Assembly: GCA_038237925.1 (NCBI GenBank)
Contig: JBBRYF010000010.1
Span: 14,133 to 78,132 of the forward strand
DNA: 64,000 bases
DNA from: Gaiellales bacterium
GTDB taxonomy: Bacteria; Actinomycetota; Thermoleophilia; Gaiellales; Gaiellaceae
Direction of reading: 5' to 3'
Shown here: in pieces, positions 63,374-64,000 of the stretch
How positions within the stretch are numbered: the first letter of the stretch is position 1
Layout of the letters: each line of letters starts with the position of its first letter
Notes under the pieces: model-generated
Told to the model about the DNA's origin: nothing
The model's input: the letters and a program-made list of their open reading frames with translations, nothing else
Databases searched by the model: none
Made by a program: the position numbers and the translations under genes

Positions 63374-64000
63374 GGACATCCAGGAGGCACGAGAGCGCCT
63401 TCACGGGCTTGCGCGCGTCACACCCGTCTACGGCAGCGAGACGCTGTCGGAGCGCGTCGGGCGGCAGCTCTTCTTGAAGGCCGAGAACCTGCAGCGCACC
63501 GGCTCGTTCAAGATCCGCGGCGCGGTCAACAAGATCGCCACGCTCTCGGGAAAGGAGCGCCGCGCCGGCGTCGTGGCCGCGAGCGCCGGCAACCACGGCC
63601 AGGCGGTCGCGTGGGCGGCGCGCGAGGCCGGCGTCAAGGCGACCGTCTTCATGCCGCAGGACGCGCCGATGGCCAAGGTCGAGCCGACGAAGAACTACGG
63701 CGCGCGCGCTGAGCTCGTCGGTACCACCTTCGAGGAGGCGCTCGACGCGGCGCTTGCGCACGCCGAGAAGACCGGGGCCACCTTCGTCCATCCGTACGAG
63801 GACGAGAAGGTGATCGCGGGGCAGGGGACGATCGGGCTCGAGCTCGCCGAGCAGGTGTCGGAGGCCGCGACGGTGGTGATCCCGGTCGGCGGCGGCGGCC
63901 TCTCCTCGGGGATCGCGCTGGCGCTGCGGTCGGTCAAGCCCGGCCTGCGCATCGTCGGCGTGCAGGCGGGGCTCGACGGCCCGACCATCGCCGACGGGAT
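63354..64000 (+). CDS. ilvA: threonine ammonia-lyase (threonine dehydratase), 3'-truncated by window edge
   Basis: Not in the ORF track because no stop is reached. Own translation: ...LRDIQEARERLHGLARVTPV...LKAENLQRTGSFKIRGA...ASAGNHGQAVA...HPYEDEKVIAGQGT. Start is GTG 63354 or TTG 63345, overlapping the meaB end. Confidence 0.8.
   Translation, partial: MTAPGLRDIQEARERLHGLARVTPVYGSETLSERVGRQLFLKAENLQRTGSFKIRGAVNKIATLSGKERRAGVVAASAGNHGQAVAWAAREAGVKATVFMPQDAPMAKVEPTKNYGARAELVGTTFEEALDAALAHAEKTGATFVHPYEDEKVIAGQGTIGLELAEQVSEAATVVIPVGGGGLSSGIALALRSVKPGLRIVGVQAGLDGPTIADG

Overview
The window is very GC-rich and reads as a core-chromosome segment of an actinobacterium-like genome. The gene order resembles deep-branching Actinomycetota such as Thermoleophilia or Rubrobacteria, but that taxonomic guess is low-confidence inference. 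All calls come from reading the ORF translations and the DNA by eye; no searches were run.

About 70 genes lie mostly on the + strand in long housekeeping operons, many joined by 4-nt ATGA/GTGA stop-start overlaps:
- aroF-tyrA-aroA-cmk-der
- gpsA, a lipoprotein gene, metK
- priA-def-fmt-rsmB-rpe-ribD, a 270-bp gap, then ribE-ribBA-ribH
- rpmB, then fakA-like, REC, degV and recG-rsmD-coaD
- yceD, a minus-strand two-component cassette, then rpmF-plsX-acpP-rnc-smc-lanC-like-ftsY
- ffh-rpsP-KH, a phosphoesterase gene, rimM-trmD-lepB-lepB'-rplS-rnhB-yraN, a methyltransferase gene, comM-dprA
- pntAA/AB/B on the minus strand, then hisC, an MFS gene, meaB and a 3'-truncated threonine dehydratase

I saw no rRNA, tRNA, CRISPR array, transposase or integrase.

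The most interesting signals are small accessory insertions inside otherwise conserved operons:
1. A single-domain receiver gene sits between the fatty-acid-kinase genes (DAK2/FakA-like and DegV/FakB-like) and is translationally coupled to the downstream DegV gene.
2. A stand-alone LanC-like Zn-thiol enzyme is wedged between smc and ftsY.
3. An opposite-strand two-component cassette, bracketed by two paralogous small membrane-anchored proteins with Asp/Gly/His-rich tails, splits yceD from rpmF.
4. An orphan, motif-permuted DNA methyltransferase sits between yraN and comM, with a perfect 22-bp palindrome over its start codon.
5. GTGAC/GTCAC pentamers phased at 10-11 bp lie exactly 21 nt upstream of TAGnnT -10-like hexamers at three promoters.

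Caveat: at least six reading-frame breaks occur in recognisable genes (tyrA, the LuxR/LAL regulator, the histidine kinase twice, one small protein, and the second lepB). Either the assembly carries indel errors or several genes are decaying. Start codons are less certain than gene identities.
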